NCBI GenBank assembly: GCA_963770565.1 | Contig: CAVYQE010000001.1 | Span: forward strand, 672,001-736,000 | Direction: 5' to 3' | DNA from: an uncultured Actinomycetota bacterium | GTDB lineage: Bacteria; Actinomycetota; Actinomycetes; JAFAQI01 | DNA: 64,000 nt | Shown: piece by piece, positions 50,047 to 64,000 of the stretch | How the letters are laid out: the number at the start of each line of letters is the position of its first letter | Position numbering within the stretch: position 1 is the first letter of the stretch | Translations under genes and position numbers: made by a program | The notes under the pieces: model-generated | What the model was told of the DNA's origin: nothing | The model's input: only the letters and a program-made list of their open reading frames with translations | Databases searched by the model: none

Positions 50047-50489
50047 GCGTCGAGACACCCGAGGCGATGCGCGAGCTGGGGGAGCGCCTCGCCACGCACC
50101 TGCAGCCGGGGGACCTGGTTGTCCTCAGCGGCCGGCTCGGCGCGGGCAAGACCACCTTGGCGCAGGGAATCGGCACCGGCCTCGGGGTGTCGTCAGCGGT
50201 GTTGTCCCCGACCTTCGTGATCGCGCGGGTGCATCGGGACGGGCGGCTGCCGCTCGTGCACGTCGATGCCTACCGGTTGGCGACGATCGCCGAGGTCGAC
50301 GACCTCGACCTCGATGCCTCGCTCGACGAGTCGGTGACCGTGGTCGAGTGGGGTGACGGGCTGGTCGAAGGACTGTCGGCGGATCGCCTGCTGGTCCGGA
50401 TCGAACGGCCGGCGGAGGACTCCGATGAGACCCGGACCGTCGACCTGACCGGGGTCGGGCCGAGGTGGGCCGGGGTCAGCCTGCCGTGA
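50037..50489 (+). CDS. tsaE: t6A biosynthesis ATPase TsaE
   Basis: GRLGAGKT, SPTF, HVDAYRL, VEW. Confidence 0.96.
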   Translation: MQLSVETPEAMRELGERLATHLQPGDLVVLSGRLGAGKTTLAQGIGTGLGVSSAVLSPTFVIARVHRDGRLPLVHVDAYRLATIAEVDDLDLDASLDESVTVVEWGDGLVEGLSADRLLVRIERPAEDSDETRTVDLTGVGPRWAGVSLP

Positions 50490-51777
50490 CCCGCTGGCGC
50501 GCGACTCGCGCCAGGTCGGGAAGGGTGTCGATCAGCGCCTGGGCCTGATCCTGGTCCCGGTAACGCGCGGTCGCGGTGAAGCGGTGGCCCGCGGTGTCGA
50601 GGAAGACGTTCGCGAGCCGGAGCCGGCGTACCCAAGGTCCTTGCGACCACCGGATGCTCTGCACCTTCTCCAGCGGGACGATGACGGTGTCGGGCCGGAA
50701 GCGGCCGGTGCAGCAGGAGACATAGCGCTCGTCGTGGTGGATCCGGGCGTAGCGGCGGGCGAGCGGCGCCCGCCAGAACGATCGCGCCGGTGTGCCGGCC
50801 GGTGCTGGTAGCTCGGCGATCGCGCCGGGCAGCACCCGGCTCAGCAGCCACCGCGCCTCCTCGCGCGAGCCGAGCGGGAGCAAGGCCCGTGAGGTCATCC
50901 CGGACTGCCGGTCGCCGCGTTCGGCATTGCGGCGGCGAGCCACGTCGAACTCCAGCCGCACCCAGCCGAACGCCCGCCACGGCAGCGGCTCCACCCAGCG
51001 GACGGCCTGCACCCGGCCGTGCGGGATCGTCTCGGCCCGGGTCTGCAGAAGCCCGCTGCGCAACCGGATGCCGTCGGGTGCCTCCGCGATGTGGAACTCC
51101 CATTCGGCGGCGATCTGCCGCCAGGTGACGAGCAGGTCGCCGAACACGATCGGCACCGCCCCGGCGAGGATCCCGCCGGCGGCGTGCGGGAACGACACCG
51201 CCGCGACGATGACCCCGACGACCAGCAGTACGCCGAAGGCAAAGCGCAGGCTCAGCAGATTGGCGATCAGGATCTGGCTGCCGCGGACGGCGAGGATCTG
51301 CCGCTCCGGCGGCTCCGGGGTGTCGTCGGCGAGGCCGTGCGCCAAGGCGAGAAGCTGGGCCCGGACCGCGATCGCGCGCTCCTCGTTGAGGTAGGCGAGC
51401 CGGGCCCGGCCGGTGTCGTGCCCGGCGAGGACGAGCCGGAGCTCAGTGACGCCGAGGATTCGCGCGAGCAGCGGACGAACCAGGTCGATCCCCTGGATCC
51501 GGGTGACCGGCACCCGGACCTGCTGCCGCCGGATCAGGCCGGTGTCGATCTGCAGCTCGCCGCGGTGCACCCGCCATCTGGTCACCCGCCAGTACACGAC
51601 CCCGGCGCCCGCCGCGAGCACGACCGCGACGAGATCGAAGACCGACGGTCGGTGCTCGGCCGCGCCGTTCGCCGCGACGATGGTGAACAGCCCCGCCGCG
51701 GCTCCGCCGGCCCGCACGATGGGCGACAGCGGATGTAACCGCGACCATGCTTCCGGAAGCGGGGCGTCCTCGCTCAC
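50476..51777 (-). CDS. YdbT-like membrane protein with bacterial PH domains
   Basis: RLHPLS, repeated GL..R...IP..R.Q. Confidence 0.85.
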   Translation of the reverse strand: MSEDAPLPEAWSRLHPLSPIVRAGGAAAGLFTIVAANGAAEHRPSVFDLVAVVLAAGAGVVYWRVTRWRVHRGELQIDTGLIRRQQVRVPVTRIQGIDLVRPLLARILGVTELRLVLAGHDTGRARLAYLNEERAIAVRAQLLALAHGLADDTPEPPERQILAVRGSQILIANLLSLRFAFGVLLVVGVIVAAVSFPHAAGGILAGAVPIVFGDLLVTWRQIAAEWEFHIAEAPDGIRLRSGLLQTRAETIPHGRVQAVRWVEPLPWRAFGWVRLEFDVARRRNAERGDRQSGMTSRALLPLGSREEARWLLSRVLPGAIAELPAPAGTPARSFWRAPLARRYARIHHDERYVSCCTGRFRPDTVIVPLEKVQSIRWSQGPWVRRLRLANVFLDTAGHRFTATARYRDQDQAQALIDTLPDLARVARQRVTAG

Positions 51778-52241
51778 AGCCCGGCGGCCTTGGCCTCGCC
51801 GAGGGCAGCGAGCCGATCACGCAGCCGGGCTGCCTCTGCGCTGTCGAGGCCGGGGATCCGGGCGTCGGTTGCCGACGCAGCGGTGTGCAGCTGCACCGTC
51901 GCCAGCCCGAACACCCGGTCGACCGGGCCGGCGGTGACGTCGACGAACTGCATCCGGCCGTACGGGACGACCGTCAGCCGGCGGATCATCACGCCACGAC
52001 GCACGAGAAGGTCGTCGGCTCGTTCGGCGTACCCCCAGGCGCGATAGCGCCGCCAGCTCAGTAGCGCGAAACCGGCCGAGCCAGCCAGCACGGCCGCTGC
52101 CGCGATCAGTCCGGCGGCCGCTCCGAACGGGATCCCGATCGCCAGGCCGAGCCCGATCAGCAGCAGCCCGCCGACCAGGCCGACCTGCGCCTGCCGAGCC
52201 CGCCACATCCGTGGCGAGGGGGACAGCCAGATCGGATCCAC
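51774..52241 (-). CDS. YdbS-like bacterial PH-domain protein
   Basis: VPYGRMQFVDVTAGP..R.FGLA. Confidence 0.88.
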   Translation of the reverse strand: MDPIWLSPSPRMWRARQAQVGLVGGLLLIGLGLAIGIPFGAAAGLIAAAAVLAGSAGFALLSWRRYRAWGYAERADDLLVRRGVMIRRLTVVPYGRMQFVDVTAGPVDRVFGLATVQLHTAASATDARIPGLDSAEAARLRDRLAALGEAKAAGL

Positions 52242-52261
52242 GCGTCCTTCCTACCCCACAG

Positions 52262-52430
52262 CGCTAGCGCCCCATCAACCAACGTCTGGCCTGTTGCGCG
52301 ACGTCCAGGTGGCGACCGGCGGCGTTCTCGTCGGCCCCGATGGCGCTGCCATCGCGACCTTCTCGGCCTTGCCGCTCATCCACCTGGACGCTGCTCACGA
52401 CGGCCAACGTTGATTGATGGGGCGCTAGCG
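52262..52430. mobile_element. 169-bp palindromic MITE-like element containing one structured-repeat core
   Basis: Perfect 17-bp terminal IR cgctagcgccccatcaa, about 50-bp imperfect arms, CTAG at both ends. Confidence 0.65.
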
Positions 52431-52437
52431 TCGATGG

Positions 52438-53109
52438 ATGCTCGTGCTCGCCTTCGACACGTCGACGCCGGCCGTCACGGTCGCGGTGGCCTCGGTCGAT
52501 CCGGCGTCGGGCGGTGTCTCGACGCTTGCGGCCGCGGTCGAGATCGCGGCGAACCACCACGGCGAGCTGCTCGCGCCCTTGATCGAGACCGTGCTCGCGG
52601 CGGCCGGGGTGGTCGGGTCCGACCTCGACGCGGTCGGGGTCGGGCTCGGCCCCGGCCCGTTCACCGGGCTGCGGGTCGGCATCGTGACCGCGCGCGCAAT
52701 GTCCGACGCGCTCGGTGTTCCGGCGTACGGCGAGTCGTCGCTGCGCCTGTTCGCGCGGGGCCGAGCCGGTGTTGCGACCGACGCGCGCCGAAAGCAGGTG
52801 TATTGGGCGATCACCAGTGCGGCCGGATTCGAGGCGGGTCCGGACCTCGCGACGCCGGCCGAGGCGGCGGCGCGCTTTGCCGGGGCCGGGATCCGCGCGG
52901 TGGCCGGCGCGGGTCCCTTGCTGTACCCCGACGCCTTTGCCGGGCTCATCGCGGCGCCGGACGCGACCTATCCGCGGGCCACGTTGCTGATCGAGCGGAT
53001 CGCCGATCGGGTCCGCACCAAGGCGCCGGCCGATCCGCTCGCGCCGATGTACCTGCGGCGCCCCGACGCGCAGCCGCCGGGCCGGCCGAAGCAGGTGACG
53101 CCGGCATGA
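52438..53109 (+). CDS. tsaB: t6A biosynthesis protein TsaB
   Basis: [27 protein letters not shown]. Confidence 0.96.
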   Translation: MLVLAFDTSTPAVTVAVASVDPASGGVSTLAAAVEIAANHHGELLAPLIETVLAAAGVVGSDLDAVGVGLGPGPFTGLRVGIVTARAMSDALGVPAYGESSLRLFARGRAGVATDARRKQVYWAITSAAGFEAGPDLATPAEAAARFAGAGIRAVAGAGPLLYPDAFAGLIAAPDATYPRATLLIERIADRVRTKAPADPLAPMYLRRPDAQPPGRPKQVTPA

Positions 53110-53549
53110 GACCGATGCGCTGGTGGGACATCGAGCCGGTGATGGAGCTCGAACGCGAGCTGTTCGGCGACGAGGCCTGGACCGACGCGATGTACTGGTC
53201 GGAGCTCGCCGAACGCGACTCGCGCTACTACCTGGTCGACGAGGACGCCGGCCGGATCATGGCGTGGGCCGGCCTGTGCACGTATGCACCACACGAGGCC
53301 TACATCCAGACCATCGGAGTGGCCCCGGCCGGGCAGGGTCAGGGTCGCGGGACGACGCTGCTCGTCACCCTCCTCGACGAAGCGCGTCGCCGCGGGGTCG
53401 CCCACGTCGACCTCGAAGTGCGGGCGGACAACGACGCGGCCAAGCGGCTCTACGAGCATCACGGCTTCGCCCAGATCGCGGTCCGCCGCAAGTACTACCA
53501 GCCGAGTGGCACCGACGCGATCGTGATGCGACGGGAGCTGCACGAGTGA
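53106..53549 (+). CDS. rimI: RimI-like N-acetyltransferase
   Basis: QGQGRG, LEVRADN, RRKYY. Confidence 0.92.
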   Translation: MRPMRWWDIEPVMELERELFGDEAWTDAMYWSELAERDSRYYLVDEDAGRIMAWAGLCTYAPHEAYIQTIGVAPAGQGQGRGTTLLVTLLDEARRRGVAHVDLEVRADNDAAKRLYEHHGFAQIAVRRKYYQPSGTDAIVMRRELHE

Positions 53550-54571
53550 ATACGGCAGCGGCGCCGATCGTGCTGGGGATCGAGACCTCATGCGACGAGA
53601 CCGGCGTCGGCATCGTGCGCGGCCGCGAGCTGCTCGCCGACGCGATCGCCTCCAGCGTTGAGGAACACGCGCGATTCGGCGGCGTCGTACCGGAGGTGGC
53701 CAGCCGCGCGCACCTCGAGGCGATGGTGCCCACGATGCACCTCGCGCTCGACCAGGCGCAGCTGAGCCTCGACCAGGTCGACGCGATCGCGGTCACCGCC
53801 GGTCCGGGACTTGCGGGTGCGTTGCTGGTCGGCGTCGCGGCGGCGAAGGCGTACGCGATGTCGTTGGGCAAACCGTTGTACGGCGTCAACCACCTGACCG
53901 CGCATGTCGCGGTGGACCGGCTCGTGCACGGCGACCTGCCGCAACCGTGCGTGGCGTTGCTCGTGTCGGGTGGCCACTCGTCGTTGCTGCTGGTGCCGGA
54001 CGTTGCGGGTCCGGTCGAGTCGCTCGGCGCGACCGTGGACGACGCGGCCGGCGAGGCCTTCGACAAGGTGGCGCGGGTGCTCGGCCTGCCGTTCCCGGGC
54101 GGGCCGCAGATCGACCGGGTCGCCCGCGACGGTGACGCGGTTGCAATCGACTTCCCGCGCGGCGTCGTGCGCGATGCGGCATACTCGTTCACCTTCTCGG
54201 GGTTGAAGACCGCGGTCGCGCGCTGGGTCGAAGCGCGGCAGCGAGCCGGTGAGACAGTGCCGGTCGCGGATGTCGCGGCGTCGTTCCAGGAGGCGGTCGC
54301 CGACGTGCTGAGTGGGCGCGCGATTGCGGCCTGCCGGGACCGCGGGGTTGACACCTTGGTGATCGGCGGCGGGGTGGCCGCGAACTCGCGGCTGCGCGCA
54401 CTCGCCGAAACTCGTTGTGAAAGCGCGGGCATCCGACTCCGGATCCCGCCGCCGAAGCTGTGCACCGACAACGGCGCCATGGTGGCCGCGCTCGGCTCCC
54501 TGCTCATCGAGCGCGACGTCGAGCCGTCGTCACTCGACCTTGCGACCGACTCGTCGATGGCGCTGGCTTGA
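53546..54571 (+). CDS. tsaD: t6A threonylcarbamoyltransferase TsaD
   Basis: [27 protein letters not shown]. Confidence 0.98.
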   Translation: MNTAAAPIVLGIETSCDETGVGIVRGRELLADAIASSVEEHARFGGVVPEVASRAHLEAMVPTMHLALDQAQLSLDQVDAIAVTAGPGLAGALLVGVAAAKAYAMSLGKPLYGVNHLTAHVAVDRLVHGDLPQPCVALLVSGGHSSLLLVPDVAGPVESLGATVDDAAGEAFDKVARVLGLPFPGGPQIDRVARDGDAVAIDFPRGVVRDAAYSFTFSGLKTAVARWVEARQRAGETVPVADVAASFQEAVADVLSGRAIAACRDRGVDTLVIGGGVAANSRLRALAETRCESAGIRLRIPPPKLCTDNGAMVAALGSLLIERDVEPSSLDLATDSSMALA

Positions 54572-54771
54572 CCACCCCGTCGCCGACTCCCCGCCTGCGG
54601 CGCGGCCCCGAGCCCGACCCGAGAAACGGCCGGCGGGTGCTGATCGGCGTCCTCGTCTTCTTCTTGCTGTTGGTGACGTTCGTCGTCGTATTGGTGGTGA
54701 CGATCGGGCTCCACAACCACGGCGTGAAGATCCCGCCCGGCCCGGCGCCGCACGCCACCCAACCGTCCTGA
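54568..54771 (+). CDS. Small single-TM hypothetical protein
   Basis: TTG start overlapping tsaD stop; one strongly hydrophobic segment. Confidence 0.6.
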   Translation: MTTPSPTPRLRRGPEPDPRNGRRVLIGVLVFFLLLVTFVVVLVVTIGLHNHGVKIPPGPAPHATQPS

Positions 54772-54814
54772 CCCAGGGTGGCTGGTAGTTAGCAGGCGCA
54801 ATAAAGTTCGCGGC

Positions 54815-55558
54815 ATGACATATGACGCGATTCTTGCCGAGACCGTGATGATCACCGGTCACGACGGCGACCCGCTGCAGGCCTACTCGGCCCGCCCTCT
54901 CGACGGTGGCTCGCGCGGCGGCATGGTGGTCATCCACCACATGCCCGGCTACGACTCCGCCACCAAGGAGATCACCCGCACCTTCGCGGTGCACGGCTAC
55001 AACGCGATCTGCCCCAACCTCTACTGGCGCGAGGCGCCTGGCGCCGCGCCGGACGACGCGGCCGCGACGGCGCGGGCGGCCGGCGGTGTGCCGGACGAGC
55101 GGTTGGTCGGCGACGTGCACGGCGCGATGCTGTGGCTCGACAACCTCGGCAACAGCAACGGCAAGGTCGCGACGATCGGCTACTGCTCCGGCGGGCGGCA
55201 CTCGTGGCTGGCCAACGGCAGTCTCTCGCTCGCGGCGGCGGTGGTGTGTTACGGCGCATTCATCGTGGGTGACGTGCCGGAGGGCATGCCGGCCCGACCG
55301 CCCCTGGGCCACCTCGCTGCCACCCAGTCCGGCCCGGTGCTGGGCCTGTTCGGAAACGACGACAAGTACCCGACCCCAGAGCAGGTCGACGAGATCGAAG
55401 CGTTGCTCAAGGACGCCGGCAAGCCGTACGAGTTCCACCGCTATGACGGCGCCGGGCATGCCTTCTTCTCGGTCGACCGGCCGTCGTACCGGCCCGAGGC
55501 AGCCGTGGACGGGTGGGACAAGATCTGGGCGTTCCTCGACAAGCATCTGGCCGGCTGA
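54815..55558 (+). CDS. Dienelactone hydrolase family protein
   Basis: GYCSGG, D, AGHAF triad. Confidence 0.92.
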   Translation: MTYDAILAETVMITGHDGDPLQAYSARPLDGGSRGGMVVIHHMPGYDSATKEITRTFAVHGYNAICPNLYWREAPGAAPDDAAATARAAGGVPDERLVGDVHGAMLWLDNLGNSNGKVATIGYCSGGRHSWLANGSLSLAAAVVCYGAFIVGDVPEGMPARPPLGHLAATQSGPVLGLFGNDDKYPTPEQVDEIEALLKDAGKPYEFHRYDGAGHAFFSVDRPSYRPEAAVDGWDKIWAFLDKHLAG

Positions 55559-55559
55559 G

Positions 55560-55829
55560 GTGTGCACCTATCAGACCGAGTTGCTCGAGGTCGCCGGGAG
55601 CGGCAAGGGTCCGGCCGGGTGGCTGCGGGTCACTGATGCGAGCGTGTACGTCGACCACCCGGTGCACGCGATGGCCGGCCACACGCTCAACATCGACCTG
55701 CGCAACCCCGCGGAGGGCCCGGCCGCCCGGGTCGCGCTCGAGCTGCACCCGGACGCCGCGCGCTCGCTCGCGGAGGCGATCCTGCGCTCGCTCGACGCCG
55801 TACCCGAAGCCGTCCTGGCCGCCGGCTGA
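55560..55829 (+). CDS. DUF6295-like protein
   Basis: MCTY...GSGKG..GW...VYVDHPVHA...HTLNID...RVALEL. Confidence 0.75.
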   Translation: MCTYQTELLEVAGSGKGPAGWLRVTDASVYVDHPVHAMAGHTLNIDLRNPAEGPAARVALELHPDAARSLAEAILRSLDAVPEAVLAAG

Positions 55830-55838
55830 GCAACCCGC

Positions 55839-55914
55839 ATGGCCCATGCGTGGGCCAATAGCCCCACCAATGGGCCATGCGTGGGCCGATAGCCCCACCA
55901 ATGGGCCATGCGTG
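55839..55914. repeat. 31-bp tandem repeat, about 2.4 copies
   Basis: atgg(c/g)ccatgcgtgggcc(a/g)atagccccacca at 55839, 55870, partial 55901. Confidence 0.9.
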
Positions 55915-55951
55915 TGGGTCAGATTGACTCGGTCTCGGTCGCTGACGTAAC

Positions 55952-55978
55952 TTGGCACTCGGCACGGCAGAGTGCCAG
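55952..55978. promoter_or_regulatory. CIRCE (HrcA operator) upstream of groES
   Basis: TTGGCACTC-N9-GAGTGCCAG; overlaps TTGACT-18-TAACTT promoter. Confidence 0.92.
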
Positions 55979-56008
55979 CCGTCCACTTCTTCCGCAGGAG
56001 GTCAGGCC

Positions 56009-56320
56009 GTGGCCACCGCCACCAAGACGAAAACACACATCAAGCCGCTCGAGGACCGCATCGTGGTCTCGGTGCAGGACAGCGAGCAGACCACCGCGTC
56101 CGGCATCGTGATCCCGGACACTGCCAAGGAGAAGCCGCAGGAGGGCCTCGTGCTCGCGGTCGGCCCGGGCCGGTTCGAGGACGGCGCCCGCGTGCCGCTC
56201 GACATCTCCGAAGGCGACACGATCATCTTCTCCAAGTACGGCGGCACCGAGGTCAAGTTCGGCTCGGATGAGTACCTCATCCTGTCGGCGCGCGACGTGC
56301 TCGCGATCGTCCAGAAGTAG
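56009..56320 (+). CDS. groES: Co-chaperonin GroES
   Basis: [27 protein letters not shown]. Confidence 0.99.
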   Translation: MATATKTKTHIKPLEDRIVVSVQDSEQTTASGIVIPDTAKEKPQEGLVLAVGPGRFEDGARVPLDISEGDTIIFSKYGGTEVKFGSDEYLILSARDVLAIVQK

Positions 56321-56344
56321 CCAGCCGTACCCCAACGCACGTTG

Positions 56345-56376
56345 GAAGGGCCCGCAGCTGATGCTGCGGGCCCTTT
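56345..56376 (+). terminator. Hairpin between groES and groEL
   Basis: gaagggcccgcagc-tgat-gctgcgggcccttt. Confidence 0.6.
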
Positions 56377-56419
56377 CGCTCTCCCGGCCCCTGATCGGCC
56401 CATCGCCGGGCCGGTTTGA

Positions 56420-58090
<1,671 letters not shown>

Positions 58091-58162
58091 GCCGCAACGT
58101 CAGGCTGACCGACACGGCTTCGGTCCCGCGCGCGCAGCGCGCGGGTCGCTAGCCTTCGGCGA

Positions 58163-59086
58163 GTGGAACCCGATCTTGCGACCCTGCTCGCCGCCGGCGA
58201 GCGGGCCACGTTCCACGGACCGCCCGGCTCGGCCGTCGGCGATCTCGAGCGTGCTGTCGGGGTCGCCCAGCGTGACGGCCGTCGAGCCGAGGTAGCCGCG
58301 GCCGCCTGGCTGCTCGGCGTCGCGTTGTCGGCCTCCGGACGGTACGGCGGGGCGCTGCGCGTGCTGGTGCCGCTGATCGAGGCCGGCGAGGGCGCCGGAT
58401 CCGACGATCTCGCCCCCGAGTTGCGGTTGTTCGGCTCGCTGGCCGCGTCAACCGCCGCGAGCGTCCATCGAGGGCTTGGCCGCCACGACGCCGCGCGTGA
58501 GCTCGATCTGCGCGGCCTCGCGCTCAGCGACGACTCCGACGAAGCGGTCTTCGACAGCGTCGTCGGGCTCGCGGCGGACGCGGTGGGCTCCGGCGACCTG
58601 GCTGAGGCGCAGGTTCGGTTCGAGCGGGCCGAGGCGATTGTCGACGCGCACGGCGGTGACTGGTGGCGGCAGCGGGTCAGGCTGGACTGGGCCAGGGCCG
58701 ACATCGCGATGCTCGCCGAGAAGCCGCACGAGGCGATCCTCGCCGCGGGCGGGGCGGTCAGCGGCGCGGAGGCGGCCCGAGCGCCGCGCCACGTCGCAAA
58801 GGGACTGCTGTTCCAGGGCGTCGCCGAGCTGCATGCGGGCTCGGACGACGCAATCGCCACCCTGCGGCGGGCCGCCGGCCTGGCCGAGGGCCTCGCAGCG
58901 CTGCCGCTGGTCTGGCAGGCCAGGGCGCTGGTCGGCGCCCTGCTCGCCGGCGACGAGTCCTCGGAGGGCGCCCGCTCGCTCGCGACCGCCCGCTCGGCTG
59001 TGCTCACGATCGCCGCAGATCTTCCCGATGATCTACGCGACGAGTGGCTGGCCCGACCCAATGTGAGTGCGTTGCTCGAGGGCTGA
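58163..59086 (+). CDS. Helical TPR-like hypothetical protein
   Basis: Ala/Leu-rich helical repeats; host-like codon bias. Confidence 0.7.
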   Translation: MEPDLATLLAAGERATFHGPPGSAVGDLERAVGVAQRDGRRAEVAAAAWLLGVALSASGRYGGALRVLVPLIEAGEGAGSDDLAPELRLFGSLAASTAASVHRGLGRHDAARELDLRGLALSDDSDEAVFDSVVGLAADAVGSGDLAEAQVRFERAEAIVDAHGGDWWRQRVRLDWARADIAMLAEKPHEAILAAGGAVSGAEAARAPRHVAKGLLFQGVAELHAGSDDAIATLRRAAGLAEGLAALPLVWQARALVGALLAGDESSEGARSLATARSAVLTIAADLPDDLRDEWLARPNVSALLEG

Positions 59087-59169
59087 GCGTACGAGCGTCG
59101 TCGTACACGCTCAGGCAACTCCCCGCACAGCGGTGAAGTCGGTGAGGGTTTCTGCCGATGTACTCGGTT

Positions 59170-59787
59170 GTGACAAGCGTGCTGATCTGTGACGACCTGC
59201 GCGCGGTGCGCGACGGACTGCGCCGCGCCGTGGAGTCCTTGCCTGGAATCGACCGGGTGGACACTGCCGGAACCGGCGAGGAAGTGCTCGCACGCTGGCC
59301 CAAGGAACGGCACGATCTCGTGCTGATGGACGTCCAAATGCCCGGTTTGGGCGGAGTTGAGGCGACCCGGCGCTTGGTTCGCGACCACCCCGAGGCCAAC
59401 ATCGTCATGCTGACCGTTGCCTCGGACCGCGAGGCCGCGGCCGCCGCGATCGCCGGTGGCGCGCGTGGCTTCCTGCACAAGGACGTCTCCCGCGAGGAGC
59501 TCTGCGCGACGCTCGCCAACGTGCTGACCGTGACCGCCCTGTCGCCAGGTGTCGCTCCGACCCACCCCGCTCGCCCCTTCGACGCGGACGCGCCGGTGCT
59601 CACCGAACGTGAGCGCCAGGTTCTCAACGGGATGGCCGGCGGCAAGAGCAACGCCCAGATCGGCCGCGAGCTCTACCTGTCCGAGGACACGATCAAGACC
59701 CACGCGCGGCGGTTGTTCCGCAAGCTCGACGTCGGCGACCGCGCGCATGCGGTGGCGGCCGGCTTCCGCTACGGCCTGGTCAACTAA
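59170..59787 (+). CDS. bldM: Orphan NarL/LuxR response regulator, BldM-like
   Basis: TSVLICDD, MDVQMPGLGGVE, LSEDTIKTHARRLFRKL, DRAHAVA; groEL-guaB synteny as in Streptomyces. Confidence 0.8.
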   Translation: MTSVLICDDLRAVRDGLRRAVESLPGIDRVDTAGTGEEVLARWPKERHDLVLMDVQMPGLGGVEATRRLVRDHPEANIVMLTVASDREAAAAAIAGGARGFLHKDVSREELCATLANVLTVTALSPGVAPTHPARPFDADAPVLTERERQVLNGMAGGKSNAQIGRELYLSEDTIKTHARRLFRKLDVGDRAHAVAAGFRYGLVN

Positions 59788-59802
59788 CCGCCGTACGCCC
59801 GG

Positions 59803-60180
59803 CTAGTCCTCTTCGTCCGCGGTCAGGATGCCGTCGACGAATCCCCGCGCGTAGTCCCAGCTGACGTAGTCGGCCGGATCCGGGCTGTAGGCGGGCTCGT
59901 GCACGTGCGGGGCGCCGGCATCGAGCAGGCTGCGCAGGTTGCCCCGAAGAAGCTCCCAGGCGAAGAAGTGCGGCTCCTGGCAGTCGTCGCAGTCGACCAC
60001 GAGGCCGCGGACGCCGCGCGGCTCGAGCACGGCCTGGAAGGCGTCGAGGTCCTGCATGTCTTCGAGCAGGTCCTCGCGTTCCTGGTCGGACAGCGGCTCC
60101 TCGGGTTCGTCGTCGCCGAGGGCGGCCGCCGGATCCGATGGGTCACCCGCGAACGGGTCGGGAGGGGCATCGTCGCGCAC
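59803..60180 (-). CDS. DUF5319-like protein
   Basis: DPFAGDP, GLVVDCDDC.EPH, HEPA..PDP..YVSWDY; divergent from guaB. Confidence 0.85.
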   Translation of the reverse strand: MRDDAPPDPFAGDPSDPAAALGDDEPEEPLSDQEREDLLEDMQDLDAFQAVLEPRGVRGLVVDCDDCQEPHFFAWELLRGNLRSLLDAGAPHVHEPAYSPDPADYVSWDYARGFVDGILTADEED

Positions 60181-60211
60181 GCGACCACGCTAATGCCTCA
60201 CCCGCCGCTAA

Positions 60212-62871
<2,660 letters not shown>

Positions 62872-62886
62872 CTTTGGTGAGCCGGG

Positions 62887-64000
62887 TCAGAGCTTTGAGG
62901 GCTCGCCCGTGCACGAGCGAGCACTGCATGACTCGAAGAACGTCTTGGACGGCAGGCCGCTGCCAGGGGCGTCGTAGTACCCAACTGCGCTGGCCCGGGC
63001 CGTGGAGCCGGCGCTGATCGCAAACAGTCGGTAGTCCTCGCCTGGTGAGTTCTCAGCTTTCCAGCCGCGGCCCGCGGAGTACAGGATCTCCGGTCGCGTC
63101 GCCGTCACGCCGATCACCCAGGCCGACGTGCCGTGCACCGTGACGGCCAGGAGATCGGCGTGGCCGAGACTCTTGGCCAACTGAACGGTCGACCACTTCG
63201 TGCCGTTGAACGTCATCAGCACCGACCGATACCCCCCGCCGGTGGTGGTGCTGAACCCGGTGGCGTACGCCAGCTTGGCCGAGCTCGTCGCGACCGAGGT
63301 CAGCGTCACCCCGGCGGGCGCAGCGGTGCTGAGCGTCCAGGCCTTGCCGTTCCAATGAACCAGGGTGCTCTGGCTCAGGGCGTAGTCAGACCTCAGCGCC
63401 CATGCGTTGTTCGGACCGGAGGTGCTCACGTCGTACAGCGTCTGCGAGTAGCCCGAGGGCACCGTCACGGCGGACCACTTCTTGCCGTTCCAGTGGAAGG
63501 CAACCTGCGCGGCGGTCTGACCTGGGTAGAAGCCTCCGACCGCCCACGCGTTCGTGGCCGAGCTTGCGGAGATCGAGCTCACCGAATCGGAGAGGTCGGT
63601 CAGCGCGGGGAGCTTCTGGGCGACGAACTTCTTGCCCGCCAAGCGCCAGATCGCCGGCATGGTCTGGGGGCCCGCCTTCTGTTGCTTTGCTCCGCCCAGC
63701 CAGATCGTTCGTGCGGACCCCGCTGCGACGGTGGTGAGCGAGCCGTACCTTCCCCCGAGTGCGGGTGCCTTTACCGCCCGCCACTGCCCGTGGTGGCGTT
63801 GTCCGACGAAGAAGCGCGCGTTGTCGACCGTGCCGTTGGAGCCGACCGCCCAGACGTCGGAGGAATGCGGCACCGCGGTCACCGCGGTCAGCTCTCCTGC
63901 GCTCGCGGCTGGGGGCTTGGCCGTGGCCGCCATCCCAGCGGGCGCCCCACGTGCCAACGAGCCGCCTGCGACGAGAACGCCCAGCGCCGCCATCGCAACC
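62887..64000 (-). CDS. Secreted repeat protein (beta-propeller-like), 5'-truncated
   Basis: Signal-peptide-like N-terminus; repeated S.tnAWAVG...HWNGkkW units. Confidence 0.8.
   Translation of the reverse strand, partial: VAMAALGVLVAGGSLARGAPAGMAATAKPPAASAGELTAVTAVPHSSDVWAVGSNGTVDNARFFVGQRHHGQWRAVKAPALGGRYGSLTTVAAGSARTIWLGGAKQQKAGPQTMPAIWRLAGKKFVAQKLPALTDLSDSVSSISASSATNAWAVGGFYPGQTAAQVAFHWNGKKWSAVTVPSGYSQTLYDVSTSGPNNAWALRSDYALSQSTLVHWNGKAWTLSTAAPAGVTLTSVATSSAKLAYATGFSTTTGGGYRSVLMTFNGTKWSTVQLAKSLGHADLLAVTVHGTSAWVIGVTATRPEILYSAGRGWKAENSPGEDYRLFAISAGSTARASAVGYYDAPGSGLPSKTFFESCSARSCTGEPSKL

Overview
High-GC actinobacterial chromosomal segment; the gene content suggests a Frankiales/Acidothermales-like lineage, which is inference only. 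It carries the core transcription/translation cluster: end of rpoB, rpoC, the str, S10, spc and alpha operons, truA, rplM-rpsI, glmM-glmS-acpS-nnr-alr, tsaEBD/rimI, groES-groEL1, a bldM-like regulator and guaB-guaB3. The non-routine content is four things. (1) A fully delimited 3763-bp IS1-family cargo transposon (7811-11573) with perfect 20-bp terminal IRs and an 8-bp target duplication. It sits just upstream of the str promoter and carries a frameshifted transposase, a Fic AMPylase, a small basic histone-H1-like protein, DUF6941 and two Cys-rich mini-genes that share a duplicated leaderless promoter module. (2) A structured ~97-bp repeat family in two tandem arrays (after rpoC and after rpsI) and one solitary copy inside a 169-bp CTAG-bounded palindrome; the fold is conserved while the stem sequences change. 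(3) Seven short hairpin elements with a GAGC-GNA-GC(G)GAG loop at gene junctions in both orientations, two of them in frame in an extended L18. (4) Several ribosomal proteins with long low-complexity extensions. No rRNA, tRNA or CRISPR array was seen.
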